Source: a virus
Length of the DNA stretch: 64,000 nucleotides
IMG/VR virus record: IMGVR_UViG_3300030103_005573
Location: 1-64,000 of that record
Reading direction: 5' to 3' (one strand)
Every line of letters begins with the position of its first letter. Positions within the stretch are counted from its first letter, which is position 1. Below are positions 48,520-56,639 of the stretch, in pieces. Below the pieces are notes generated by a model. The model saw only the letters and a program-made list of their open reading frames with translations. It made no database searches and was not told the DNA's origin. The position numbers and the translations under genes are program-made.

Positions 48520-49820
48520 AATATCTCCGAAGCTAATGTTGCTAGTTGTGATCTTTCGCCTTTAGTAAGTGTAATATGTCCAGCTATGTCATGCTCTTTA
48601 AATTTCTCAACAGCGTGAGTCAGTCCGTTAGAAACTGAATCCACGTATGAGTTGTCAATCTGTTGAACATCTCCTGTTAGTACAAGCTTAGTTCCATGAC
48701 CTACCCTAGTTATTATAGTCTTTAATTCGTGTGCTGTCAAGTTTTGTGCTTCATCAACAATCAAAAAAGCGTTTGCAATAGAACGACCACGGATATAAGT
48801 CATCGCCTCAATTTCAATAGTTCCCTGTTCCACATGCATATCTAAAGCTGTTCTATCACCAAATAGGTGCTCCAGATTATCACGAATAGGGGCAATCCAC
48901 GGCAACATTTTCTCTTCCAGGGTTCCAGGTAAGAATCCAATATCTCTACCCATAGGCTGAACAGGTCTTGTTATGATTAATTTATCGTACCCTCCACTGG
49001 CTCCTGTAGTATTTATTACCTGCTCAAGAGCGCAAGCTGTAGCTAATAATGTTTTACCAGTACCCGCTGGACCTGTCAAGGAAATGACATGTATATCTCT
49101 ATCGAACAATAGATCCATAGCATATTGCTGTTCTTTATTCTTTGCGGAAAGTCCCCAAATATTCTTAAATTTATTTACTTTTCGAAGAGGCTTATTATAG
49201 CCCTCAAATTTGCAAATAGCTGACTTGTTAGTAGCTTCATTTTTAAGAGTTAGGTACTGGTTTGGGTATAGTTTAACTTTTTGCTCCTCCAACATGAATG
49301 GTTCGCCTGTATAGAATCTGTCGATATTACTGAACTCTACCTCCAGTTCTTGTGTGCCTGTAAAAAGGTTTTCTACCGAGTTGATTACTTTTTGTGGCTG
49401 ATAATCAGAACATTCTATCCCGTGGGCATCACATTTAACTCTCATATTAAGATCACGAGATACAACAATTATTTCATATCCCCTTTCCTTAAGGCGGAGA
49501 GCTATGGCAATAATTTTATTATCTGAGTCATTTTGATCCATTCCAGGTGGCATATATTTAGCATCAAAATGAGCAGCAAATACTTTACCTTTACCTCTAC
49601 CTAGAGCAACACCATCCATGAGGCTGCCTTTTTTTCTTAACGAATCAAGCACCCTATTCATTGTGCGAGCATTTAAACCTGCTGTATCTTGTCGATGTTT
49701 GTGCTTGTCTATCTCATCAAGAACAATTGTTGGGATTGCTATATTGTTTTTACCAAATGCCAATATAGAACTGGCTTCCGTAAGATACACGTTGGTATCT
49801 AAAATTATAGTTTTCTTCAT
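48516..49820 (-). CDS. phoH: PIN-domain + PhoH-family ATPase (PhoH2/YlaK-like)
   Basis: PIN: ILDTNV, VLDEID, D.KII, VSRDLNMR. PhoH: GPAGTGKT, IGFLPG, RGRS, VDEAQN, TGDVQQID. Confidence 0.93.
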   Translation of the reverse strand: MKKTIILDTNVYLTEASSILAFGKNNIAIPTIVLDEIDKHKHRQDTAGLNARTMNRVLDSLRKKGSLMDGVALGRGKGKVFAAHFDAKYMPPGMDQNDSDNKIIAIALRLKERGYEIIVVSRDLNMRVKCDAHGIECSDYQPQKVINSVENLFTGTQELEVEFSNIDRFYTGEPFMLEEQKVKLYPNQYLTLKNEATNKSAICKFEGYNKPLRKVNKFKNIWGLSAKNKEQQYAMDLLFDRDIHVISLTGPAGTGKTLLATACALEQVINTTGASGGYDKLIITRPVQPMGRDIGFLPGTLEEKMLPWIAPIRDNLEHLFGDRTALDMHVEQGTIEIEAMTYIRGRSIANAFLIVDEAQNLTAHELKTIITRVGHGTKLVLTGDVQQIDNSYVDSVSNGLTHAVEKFKEHDIAGHITLTKGERSQLATLASEIL

Positions 49821-49847
49821 TTTTTCCCCGTAAAAAGTGGGTTTATA

Positions 49848-49854
49848 TAATTAG
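49848..49854 (-). promoter_or_regulatory. Putative late promoter motif CTAATTA heading the phoH-to-glycan operon
   Basis: AACTAATTAT just past the tmRNA terminator, upstream of SD GGGGA and ATG 49820. Confidence 0.6.
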
Positions 49855-49879
49855 TTCACAGATTAAACTTAAAGGTAAT

Positions 49880-49902
49880 AAAAAAGCCGCCCGAAGGCGG
49901 CT
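49880..49902 (-). terminator. Rho-independent terminator of ssrA
   Basis: AGCCGCC-TTCG-GGCGGCT followed by a T run; cUUCGg tetraloop; abuts the CCA end. Confidence 0.9.
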
Positions 49903-50225
49903 GGTGGAGGTAGGGAGAATCGAACTCCCGTCTTGTCTATTTCCATAAAAAGGTCGTTCACAAGGTTAGGTCTGTTTTTATCGTCGGACAGCCCACATGA
50001 CTATATTGTTTTATTATGGCTAAAATAATCAAAAGCACTTAGGATCGCAAATACGACTTTCTGTTTTTTGGCTGTCGTCGCCTCAAGTCTAAACAGGTTA
50101 TTAAGCTGCTAGTGCTAGTTCTGCGTTATTGTTTGCAGTTAAAATTTTAAGCGTTTTTACTGAGCCACGCTTCCCTCACCCTTGCACCTACTTTACTTCC
50201 CTATCAATCGATACCGTTTACCCCC
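49902..50225 (-). ncRNA. ssrA: tmRNA, 324 nt, tag (A)ANNNAELALAA*
   Basis: 5' GGGGGTA pairs with 3' TACCTCC-A-CCA, including G3:U70. T-arm GGGAG-TTCGATT-CTCCC. PK1 TGAG/CTCA plus AAGCGT/ACGCTT (50149-50178). Resume codon after TTAACT; tag ORF 50136-50101 ends LALAA with a double TAA. Confidence 0.96.
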
Positions 50226-50236
50226 ATTCATTTAAT

Positions 50237-50265
50237 GTTATATAACATAACGAAGAACTTGTCAA
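50237..50265 (-). promoter_or_regulatory. sigma70-type promoter of ssrA
   Basis: TTGACA (50265-50260), 17-nt spacer, TATAAC (50242-50237), ending 11 nt before the mature 5' end. Confidence 0.85.
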
Positions 50266-50411
50266 TTTATTTATACTTCTATATATGCTAGCAAGCTATC
50301 AAGCTGAGATAAAGCTAGAATAAGTAAGAAAAGTAGAAAAGAGTTTTTTTGCTGTTTAACAGCTTGCAGCTATTATAACTAAGTCTGATAAAGTGTTAAG
50401 AATAAAAATGA

Positions 50412-51191
50412 TTAAAAATCTAAACCTAGATCCATTTCACCTTCACTAGAATCTCCAAGGTCTTCTTTTTCCTCTTCATATTCTGGCGTAGAAACATCTG
50501 GAAGTGTGTTAGCTAATTCATCTTCGAATTTATCAAAATAGAGAAGCAAGTTTGTGACAAGATAATCATAGAAAATGTTCTGGTCTGTATCATCTGCTAA
50601 CATGTCGTAGGCATCAACAATTTGTTTTTCTACTTTTTTAAAGGTAACAGCAGCAAAATTACGACCTGTTTCATTCTGATCATCTAATTGTACAAAATCA
50701 TCAGCATCTGAATCGCCATCGCCATCAATGTCAATGAATTCACCTTCTACAGATTGTTCTTCTTTCCCGTCATCTTGTGGGTCTAGGTCAATTGATATTT
50801 TCTCTAGGAGAGTATTTCTATCGATTTCATATTCTATATTTTCTTCTACTTGTTCTTCGCCTTGAGTTGCTGCCTCAATTGGACGAAGGGCATTCTCAAC
50901 GGCATGAACAATATGGTTCTTAAAAGAATCTCTCTGCTCTTTATCGCTGGTTAGCATCTTGTAATCGTTTTCAATAGTTGGAATAATCTTTTCCAGCAAA
51001 TCAGCTAGAACATTGATACCAGTGCTACGACTAGCTTCTTCTGTTCCTGTCTCAGCTTCAATTAATTGACGAATAACTTTTCTTATTTTTTCCTCAGCAA
51101 GTCTCTGCTGATCTAGCTTTGTAGTTATTCTTTTACGGATGTGCTCTCTGATAAGTTCTTCAGCAATCATTTGATTTCGGTCAATAGTCAT
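50412..51191 (-). CDS. Acidic hypothetical protein, probable head/internal protein
   Basis: Start moved to ATG 51191 (MTIDRNQ...) to avoid an 80-nt overlap. Contains EELIREHI and KIRKVIRQLIEAE; D/E-rich; late motif GATAATTA at 51199-51205. Confidence 0.7.
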   Translation of the reverse strand: MTIDRNQMIAEELIREHIRKRITTKLDQQRLAEEKIRKVIRQLIEAETGTEEASRSTGINVLADLLEKIIPTIENDYKMLTSDKEQRDSFKNHIVHAVENALRPIEAATQGEEQVEENIEYEIDRNTLLEKISIDLDPQDDGKEEQSVEGEFIDIDGDGDSDADDFVQLDDQNETGRNFAAVTFKKVEKQIVDAYDMLADDTDQNIFYDYLVTNLLLYFDKFEDELANTLPDVSTPEYEEEKEDLGDSSEGEMDLGLDF

Positions 51192-51201
51192 AGTGTTATA
51201 A

Positions 51202-53169
51202 TTATCTCCGTCTTTGACGTTTAGCTCTTCTAACTTTAGGTTTCTCTCTTTTAGGTCGTTTCCTGATATTAACAGTTCCACCTATAGGTGCAGCAGGTCC
51301 AGCTACCGCTCCACCAGCCATGGCTGCCATCTCATCAATAGTGTCATCTATGATTGAGTTTAATCTCTCAGTTTGAGTAGTCAAAGAATTCCAAAGAGCA
51401 TTGCCATCAATTGAAGGGGGAGCATAAGATAAGAAAGTTTCTTTATCTCCATCAGCAAGAGCTTTTCTCATATCACGAGCACTATAAACAACACCATCCT
51501 TAGACTGGACAGGATCTTCAACGATATCCTCTACATTTACACCGGGGTTGTGACGCTCAGCATACGATTGCGCACGATCAAAGCGAGTATCCCCTACATC
51601 CTTACTGCTCTTAACTAAAAGAATTGTATCTCCATCTCTGGAGGAGACGGGATCAGCAACAAATTCATAGACTGCCTGGACTGGGCTACGATAGTCAGCG
51701 ATCTTAGCTGTGATGTTTGGTTCACCGTTCTCAAGATATTCTTCCCAGATCCGCAAACTTTGCGCATTGCTTACTTCTGGATAATCAACGGGAGAAATTA
51801 AAACAATTACCTCATCAACATCAGATCGTTTAGCAATCTTATTCACATAATCAAAGTGACCACGATGTGGCGGCTTAAACTTACCTGGGAACAGTGCTAT
51901 TCTCTTACCGTCCTTCTCTGTAATAACTTGAGCATTACGATTGAGAGATTCTTTTGTACTTCTTTTCAGGTTCCCGTAGCGGAACATCCCAAGTATCTGA
52001 TTTAGCGGAGCAAAGTTGCCAGCAAACTTGTATGTGTGTCCATTATAATCAAAGACCACCGCCTCAACTGGAGTAGTGATCGTAGAGAAATCCTTGATTT
52101 TATTGAGGTGTCGCTGCATGATCGCCATTGATTCAGGGTTCTCAGCACCAACGGCTGTGATTTCTCTAACAGCAGTTGCTAATTCATTTTTAAGTCGCAT
52201 GACTTCTTTTTGATTATCAGCTATAAAAACACTTTCCAAGCCTTTGAGAAGATCTACTGTAAAATCATGGATAGCAAGCTCTAGCGGCTCAATAGATTGC
52301 TGTAGAAGTGATTTACTTGTTGCTATTACAGTATTTAAATCTTGTAGATCTTGTGGATTAAGTCCTTTTTTTAAAGCTCTTAAACCAATATTTCCCTGAA
52401 GCTTAAGAATATAATATATGATTTCTTCTCGTAGGTTTGGTGGTAGATCACTATCTATACCATTCATTAGTCTTTTAAACATATAATCTACAACTGTAGA
52501 ATCATTATTTAGACCCTCTTTTCTCATTTCATTATTGATCTTAGAGATTGCTTTATTTAGCGCTGCGCCATCATCCTCAATCTTTTTGATATCAACCATA
52601 GCACGACGAGCAAGTCTAAAATCGTCTTTATGGAGCTTCTTCTCCATTCTTTCCATAGCATTATCTAGAGTTTCTAGTGTGCCTTCTGGTATTGGTGATT
52701 TTTCTCCGCTTTCACGGTCAAAAATAAAGTGACCAACATCATGGATTTTCAGGGTCTTGTCATCATATAAAATAACGTTGGCATTACCTGGGTCCATAAC
52801 CTCGGCATTATACCAGATATTTGTATTAGCTCCAAATATTCTATCTTTTTCTTGATCTGATAATGCCTCAACAGCTTTTTCAAAAGTATTAAATCCACCA
52901 GTAAAAGCTTTTTCTAAATTACCTCTACCAGCAAACTTCTGAGCAAGCTCAGTGGCATCTAATCCGCCTGATTTGAGGTTGCCTTTATTTCTAGCCCCTT
53001 TAGCTTTTCCCTCTGGGATAGAGTAAGAAAGAAACAAGTTTTGACCATCTACTTTTTCCTCAGCAGTCAGTTCGCCATTAGCAGCAGCCTCAAGGATCTC
53101 CTTCATTTCACCAAATGTTAAATCCCTATTTTCATAGAGGTGATCCATGTGACCAGCTACGCCACCCAT
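51202..53169 (-). CDS. Fusion of a KxDG nucleotidyltransferase/ligase-like domain and an HxGH cytidylyltransferase-like domain
   Basis: N-part EEKVDGQN...ARNKG...NAEVM...EAVVF...YKFAG; C-part ALFPGKFKPPHRGH...SARDMRKAL. Confidence 0.7.
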   Translation of the reverse strand: MGGVAGHMDHLYENRDLTFGEMKEILEAAANGELTAEEKVDGQNLFLSYSIPEGKAKGARNKGNLKSGGLDATELAQKFAGRGNLEKAFTGGFNTFEKAVEALSDQEKDRIFGANTNIWYNAEVMDPGNANVILYDDKTLKIHDVGHFIFDRESGEKSPIPEGTLETLDNAMERMEKKLHKDDFRLARRAMVDIKKIEDDGAALNKAISKINNEMRKEGLNNDSTVVDYMFKRLMNGIDSDLPPNLREEIIYYILKLQGNIGLRALKKGLNPQDLQDLNTVIATSKSLLQQSIEPLELAIHDFTVDLLKGLESVFIADNQKEVMRLKNELATAVREITAVGAENPESMAIMQRHLNKIKDFSTITTPVEAVVFDYNGHTYKFAGNFAPLNQILGMFRYGNLKRSTKESLNRNAQVITEKDGKRIALFPGKFKPPHRGHFDYVNKIAKRSDVDEVIVLISPVDYPEVSNAQSLRIWEEYLENGEPNITAKIADYRSPVQAVYEFVADPVSSRDGDTILLVKSSKDVGDTRFDRAQSYAERHNPGVNVEDIVEDPVQSKDGVVYSARDMRKALADGDKETFLSYAPPSIDGNALWNSLTTQTERLNSIIDDTIDEMAAMAGGAVAGPAAPIGGTVNIRKRPKREKPKVRRAKRQRRR

Positions 53170-53409
53170 TTACTTATCCTCTGTGAGTATCTTTAGTTCT
53201 TCCTCTAGTGAATCAATTCTTTCATTTAAGGACCGCAAGTGTCTCTTTATACCACGAATATGTTCTTTTGCCAAGGAGATTCTACTATTATCCCTTTTAT
53301 TTGTAACTCTTATACTTGTTACAATATCATAGAGAGCTTGAACAGAAGCTCCAGCATCAACCTTAAAATCTTCGTTGAGAAGAAATTTTTTAGTTAGTCT
53401 ATTGAACAC
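53170..53409 (-). CDS. Small coiled-coil hypothetical protein
   Basis: 79 aa, abutting genes on both sides; GTG start. Confidence 0.65.
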   Translation of the reverse strand: MFNRLTKKFLLNEDFKVDAGASVQALYDIVTSIRVTNKRDNSRISLAKEHIRGIKRHLRSLNERIDSLEEELKILTEDK

Positions 53410-53634
53410 TTATTTTTTTGCTTTCTTTGGGGCTTTTTTAGCAGACTTTTTTGGAGTTTTTTCTTCGACATGTGTTTCACAGTCTTCTGTCTCACATGGG
53501 TCTTGCTCACAAGCTTCCTCAATTACTGGTTCTGCAACTGGTGCGCTGACAATAGGAGCAGGCGCAATTACAGTATTTGCTGCTCTTGCACGACGAGCGG
53601 CTCTTCTTTTTCTTCTTAGACGTGGACTAGCCAT
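53410..53634 (-). CDS. Small basic-acidic-basic low-complexity protein
   Basis: RLRRKRRAARRARAA ... EEACEQDPCETEDCE ... PKKSAKKAPKKAKK; strong SD GGAGG; late motif at 53681-53687. Confidence 0.7.
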   Translation of the reverse strand: MASPRLRRKRRAARRARAANTVIAPAPIVSAPVAEPVIEEACEQDPCETEDCETHVEEKTPKKSAKKAPKKAKK

Positions 53635-53680
53635 TATTATTATCCTCCAAATATGTTAAAAAACATAAACTTTAATAGTA

Positions 53681-53687
53681 TAAATAG
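53681..53687 (-). promoter_or_regulatory. Putative late promoter motif CTATTTA
   Basis: TACTATTTAT, intergenic, upstream of SD GGAGG and ATG 53634. Confidence 0.6.
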
Positions 53688-53694
53688 TATTTAC

Positions 53695-54600
53695 TTAATT
53701 GATTGACCCGGTTTGTTCTATGATTACTTCACCATCTACAATATCGAAGTAATATATTGCATACTCGCCATTTTCATCTGTACCGTTAAGATATAAATAA
53801 TTGTTCGAACCAGACACATAAATATCTGCATGTGTTAATAAGGTATCGCCGTCAAATTTAAACCATGGGTCATCCACCTCTTCCCCAAAGTCAGAATGAG
53901 GCACTTCCTTAATAACAGTTTTCCCACCAGTGATAGAAAATTCATATTTTGCCGGTAGTCCTTGTTCATTAGTGCCATGTAGATATAGGTTATTACCTGA
54001 TCCTGAAATATAAACAGCAGCATCCGTCATTAGGGTGTCGCCGTTAAAATATAGTTCAGCATCATTTGGAATATTTACGTTTAGATTACCTCCTGGTCCT
54101 ATACTGGCACTCAAGAGAGCAAAACTAGAACTTAAGCTAGCCAAGCTAGAACTTAAAGAAGATATCTCAAGGTTAGAGGCGTATATGTCCGAACTTAACG
54201 CTGAAACGCTGGAAGATATGCTAGAACTAAGAATATTAACATCCGTAATTACAGTAGTCAATTCGTCATTGATAGTAATAATATCTTGATCATTGGAGGC
54301 CACATTTTCTGCAACATTAGATACTCCAATATCTAAAGAAATAACAGCGTCTGCATTTGATATCACCTCAGAATTTAGATTATGAATCTTTATAGTATTA
54401 ATATCCACGGAGGAACTTACATCAGTAATTCTAGAATGAAGTACTGAAGTTTCATCTTCTATTACATCTAATCTATATTCCCATACAGAAGTAACTTCTG
54501 GGAGAGAACCTGTTATATCGTTGTCATCTATAAATTTAACAACAGCAGATTTCATCGCATGATGAGCAGAAATATGACCTAAATTACGTCTTTTAGCCAT
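53695..54600 (-). CDS. Short fibre-like virion protein (Ser-rich coiled coil plus duplicated C-terminal beta module)
   Basis: Heptad I/L/V pattern with SSS runs; two ~52-aa repeats F.GDTL.T.A..Y.SGS.N.LYL.GT.E.G. Confidence 0.65.
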   Translation of the reverse strand: MAKRRNLGHISAHHAMKSAVVKFIDDNDITGSLPEVTSVWEYRLDVIEDETSVLHSRITDVSSSVDINTIKIHNLNSEVISNADAVISLDIGVSNVAENVASNDQDIITINDELTTVITDVNILSSSISSSVSALSSDIYASNLEISSLSSSLASLSSSFALLSASIGPGGNLNVNIPNDAELYFNGDTLMTDAAVYISGSGNNLYLHGTNEQGLPAKYEFSITGGKTVIKEVPHSDFGEEVDDPWFKFDGDTLLTHADIYVSGSNNYLYLNGTDENGEYAIYYFDIVDGEVIIEQTGSIN

Positions 54601-54615
54601 TATAAAGTACCATTA

Positions 54616-55071
54616 TTATTGAGAATTAGCATCATACCCAAGTGATTCATCAGTAATACTTAGGCGATAATGCCTATCAACATAACCAAATAAATTAAGA
54701 GCACTATTTTGGTCGGCTTTGGCATAAATTGCTACGTCTTTGTGAGGAATGCCAGGGTAGACCTGGATTAAACCCACTTCCTTATCAACATCTATAACAA
54801 TTGTCTTAGAAGCATCTGTAAAATCCCCAGTTCCACCTATCTCTAAAGTCAAGATTCTATCGTTAGAACTACTATAATTTGATACCCATAAAAACACTTC
54901 ATCATAGGCATAATTAGCTGCCTGGTGCACTAAAACCCCACCAGTAGTTAAGACAAGAGGAGAGGTATCAGAATCCCCCGATAATCCTATTCTAGCGACT
55001 CTGGTTGGGCTTTGTTTATATGCAGTACCCGATATTGTTGGTGCGGGTGGTTGTTTTCCTAATCTAGTCAT
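54616..55071 (-). CDS. Hypothetical beta-rich virion accessory protein
   Basis: 151 aa; SD AGGAG; late motif GATATTTA at 55093-55100. Confidence 0.65.
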   Translation of the reverse strand: MTRLGKQPPAPTISGTAYKQSPTRVARIGLSGDSDTSPLVLTTGGVLVHQAANYAYDEVFLWVSNYSSSNDRILTLEIGGTGDFTDASKTIVIDVDKEVGLIQVYPGIPHKDVAIYAKADQNSALNLFGYVDRHYRLSITDESLGYDANSQ

Positions 55072-55107
55072 AGAAATCTCCTGGAGCTTCTATAAATATC
55101 TTATGAA

Positions 55108-55287
55108 TTATATTTTTTCATCTCCGTAGATGTTTAATGTAATGACACCTCTAGGTGATTCGGGTTGAGGATATGCTTGACTAGGCTCTGGATAGATTTC
55201 TAGAGGTAATTCTAAACTCCTCTCTGAAAGGGGTTTTTGTTTTGGTTTTTTTATAACAACAATTACAGGCTTATAATGTCCCGGCAT
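55108..55287 (-). CDS. Small Pro-rich hypothetical protein
   Basis: MPGHYKPVIVVIKKPKQKPLSERSLELPLEIYPEP...PRGVITLNIYG; start moved to ATG 55287 after SD GGAGAG. Confidence 0.6.
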   Translation of the reverse strand: MPGHYKPVIVVIKKPKQKPLSERSLELPLEIYPEPSQAYPQPESPRGVITLNIYGDEKI

Positions 55288-55303
55288 CGTGTCTCTCCAA
55301 AAA

Positions 55304-56236
55304 TTATCTAGGAGAAAAAACATCTCCCATATTTTTAACGCTCTGAATATGGAAATATTCACTCATTTTTTTATGTAGTTTTTGACTCATTTCTAACATT
55401 TGTACATCTGTTTTGTCCACATTCTTATTCATTCTAGCCCACACTTTCATTTCTGCTTGGGCGATGGAATTTTTAAGGAAAACTTTAATAGCCATCAATG
55501 GAGATGCTACACCAATATTCTCCATAGATCTATATCCAGCAAAGATGTTTCCGATCAATTCATTATTGATATTCATGATAGGAGAACCGCTGCTTCCGGG
55601 CTTAGTTGGCATACTATACATGGCATACCCTTCTGGCGAATACCCTGTAAAGTATCCATCAAAAGTTAATACCATCCTGGGAAATACAATTCCATGAGGT
55701 GCGGCCATATTGTAAGCTAACTCTCCACGCTTGGGGGATGATTTAGCAACTTTAAGAACAGGAGGCTTTACTAGTACTGACCCTACCTCTAACAAACAGA
55801 GATCAAATCTTTTATCTATAGCTACCACAGAAGCTTGATGTCTAAAGCCATTATAATCAATTACAGTAAATTTTTGACCAAGGTGAGTTACTACCACACC
55901 ATCAATTTTTCTCTCGGGAACAAATGTACTTCTACAAGAATGTCCAGCGGTAAGAGCGTAACTTACACCAGTGTCAACCTCACTATGTTTGATAAATGAC
56001 CCAGAAGAAACGGCTCTTGAGGTAGCATTTTGACATTTAATCTTATTATTTTTATCTAATTCACAACCTTTCCAATGTGTATCACTGCGTAATTGTATAA
56101 ATGATTGTACCGGAAAATTATGTCTTATTGGCTTTACATGATTAGGTGTAGCGCAGGCAGAAGAGCAACTTGTGACCATAATATACAACAGGGTGATTGA
56201 ACACACTCGCAGGGCATCGGTAAATATACGCATCAT
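55304..56236 (-). CDS. Exported trypsin-like (S1) serine protease
   Basis: Catalytic triad motifs LTAGHSC, FDLCLL and PGSSGSP; hydrophobic N-terminal signal containing Cys. Confidence 0.9.
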   Translation of the reverse strand: MMRIFTDALRVCSITLLYIMVTSCSSACATPNHVKPIRHNFPVQSFIQLRSDTHWKGCELDKNNKIKCQNATSRAVSSGSFIKHSEVDTGVSYALTAGHSCRSTFVPERKIDGVVVTHLGQKFTVIDYNGFRHQASVVAIDKRFDLCLLEVGSVLVKPPVLKVAKSSPKRGELAYNMAAPHGIVFPRMVLTFDGYFTGYSPEGYAMYSMPTKPGSSGSPIMNINNELIGNIFAGYRSMENIGVASPLMAIKVFLKNSIAQAEMKVWARMNKNVDKTDVQMLEMSQKLHKKMSEYFHIQSVKNMGDVFSPR

Positions 56237-56240
56237 AAAA

Positions 56241-56247
56241 TAACTAT
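56241..56247 (-). promoter_or_regulatory. Putative late promoter motif variant ATAGTTA
   Basis: ATAGTTA-TTTT-ATG; same 4-nt spacing as the other copies; no SD. Confidence 0.5.
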
Positions 56248-56277
56248 TTCCGAATTGGGACTTTCTGTCTATATAAG

Positions 56278-56305
56278 TTGTATTATTTTAATACTATCCT
56301 ATAAT
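56278..56305 (+). promoter_or_regulatory. Putative sigma70 promoter for the plus-strand island
   Basis: TTGTAT, 16-nt spacer, TATAAT, then AAGGT and ATG 56323. Confidence 0.5.
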
Positions 56306-56322
56306 AAAGAAGGTATAACAAG

Positions 56323-56622
56323 ATGTTGTTACAAATGAAATCCCTCTTCAAGTCAGTCGCTATCATATTAGCGGCTTTAGTTTTATTTACCCAAAATGCT
56401 TATGGCAACGATGAGCAAACAACCATTAAACCAGTCTGGGAAAAAATAAATGGGGAGTGGAAATTTAACAATGAAACTAAAAACTCGTACCAAAGTTTAG
56501 TCTATGTTATTACAACAACTAAGAATAATTCAACAAAAAACATACTTACTAAAGAGATGGTCAAACTTCCGTTCGTTTTAATTCTAGATGGACACAAAAA
56601 AGAAGGACTATCATTACACTAA
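56323..56622 (+). CDS. Small secreted hypothetical protein
   Basis: Sec signal MKSLFKSVAIILAALVLFTQNAYG/ND. Confidence 0.7.
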   Translation: MLLQMKSLFKSVAIILAALVLFTQNAYGNDEQTTIKPVWEKINGEWKFNNETKNSYQSLVYVITTTKNNSTKNILTKEMVKLPFVLILDGHKKEGLSLH

Positions 56623-56639
56623 AATATTGGGAGTAGAAA

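Noticed and set aside
49902-49935. tRNA gene or prophage att site
   Set aside because: The T-arm/CCA belongs to a full tmRNA whose 5' half and tag ORF are present; no integrase or duplicated 3' end is seen, and phage genes flank both sides.
47008-50411. CRISPR-Cas system suggested by the Cas4-like gene
   Set aside because: No repeat-spacer array or other cas genes are visible; the 50281-50345 repeats are too short and irregular.
51192-51281. Track N-terminal extensions of ORFs 50412..51281, 38555..39193, 425..1051 and 55108..55362
   Set aside because: Each creates a long overlap with the upstream gene; downstream ATGs have an SD or a promoter motif.
348-55697. Many short plus-strand ORFs (60-113 aa)
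   Set aside because: All lie antisense within long minus-strand genes that have clear motifs or operon packing; they lack SDs and protein features.
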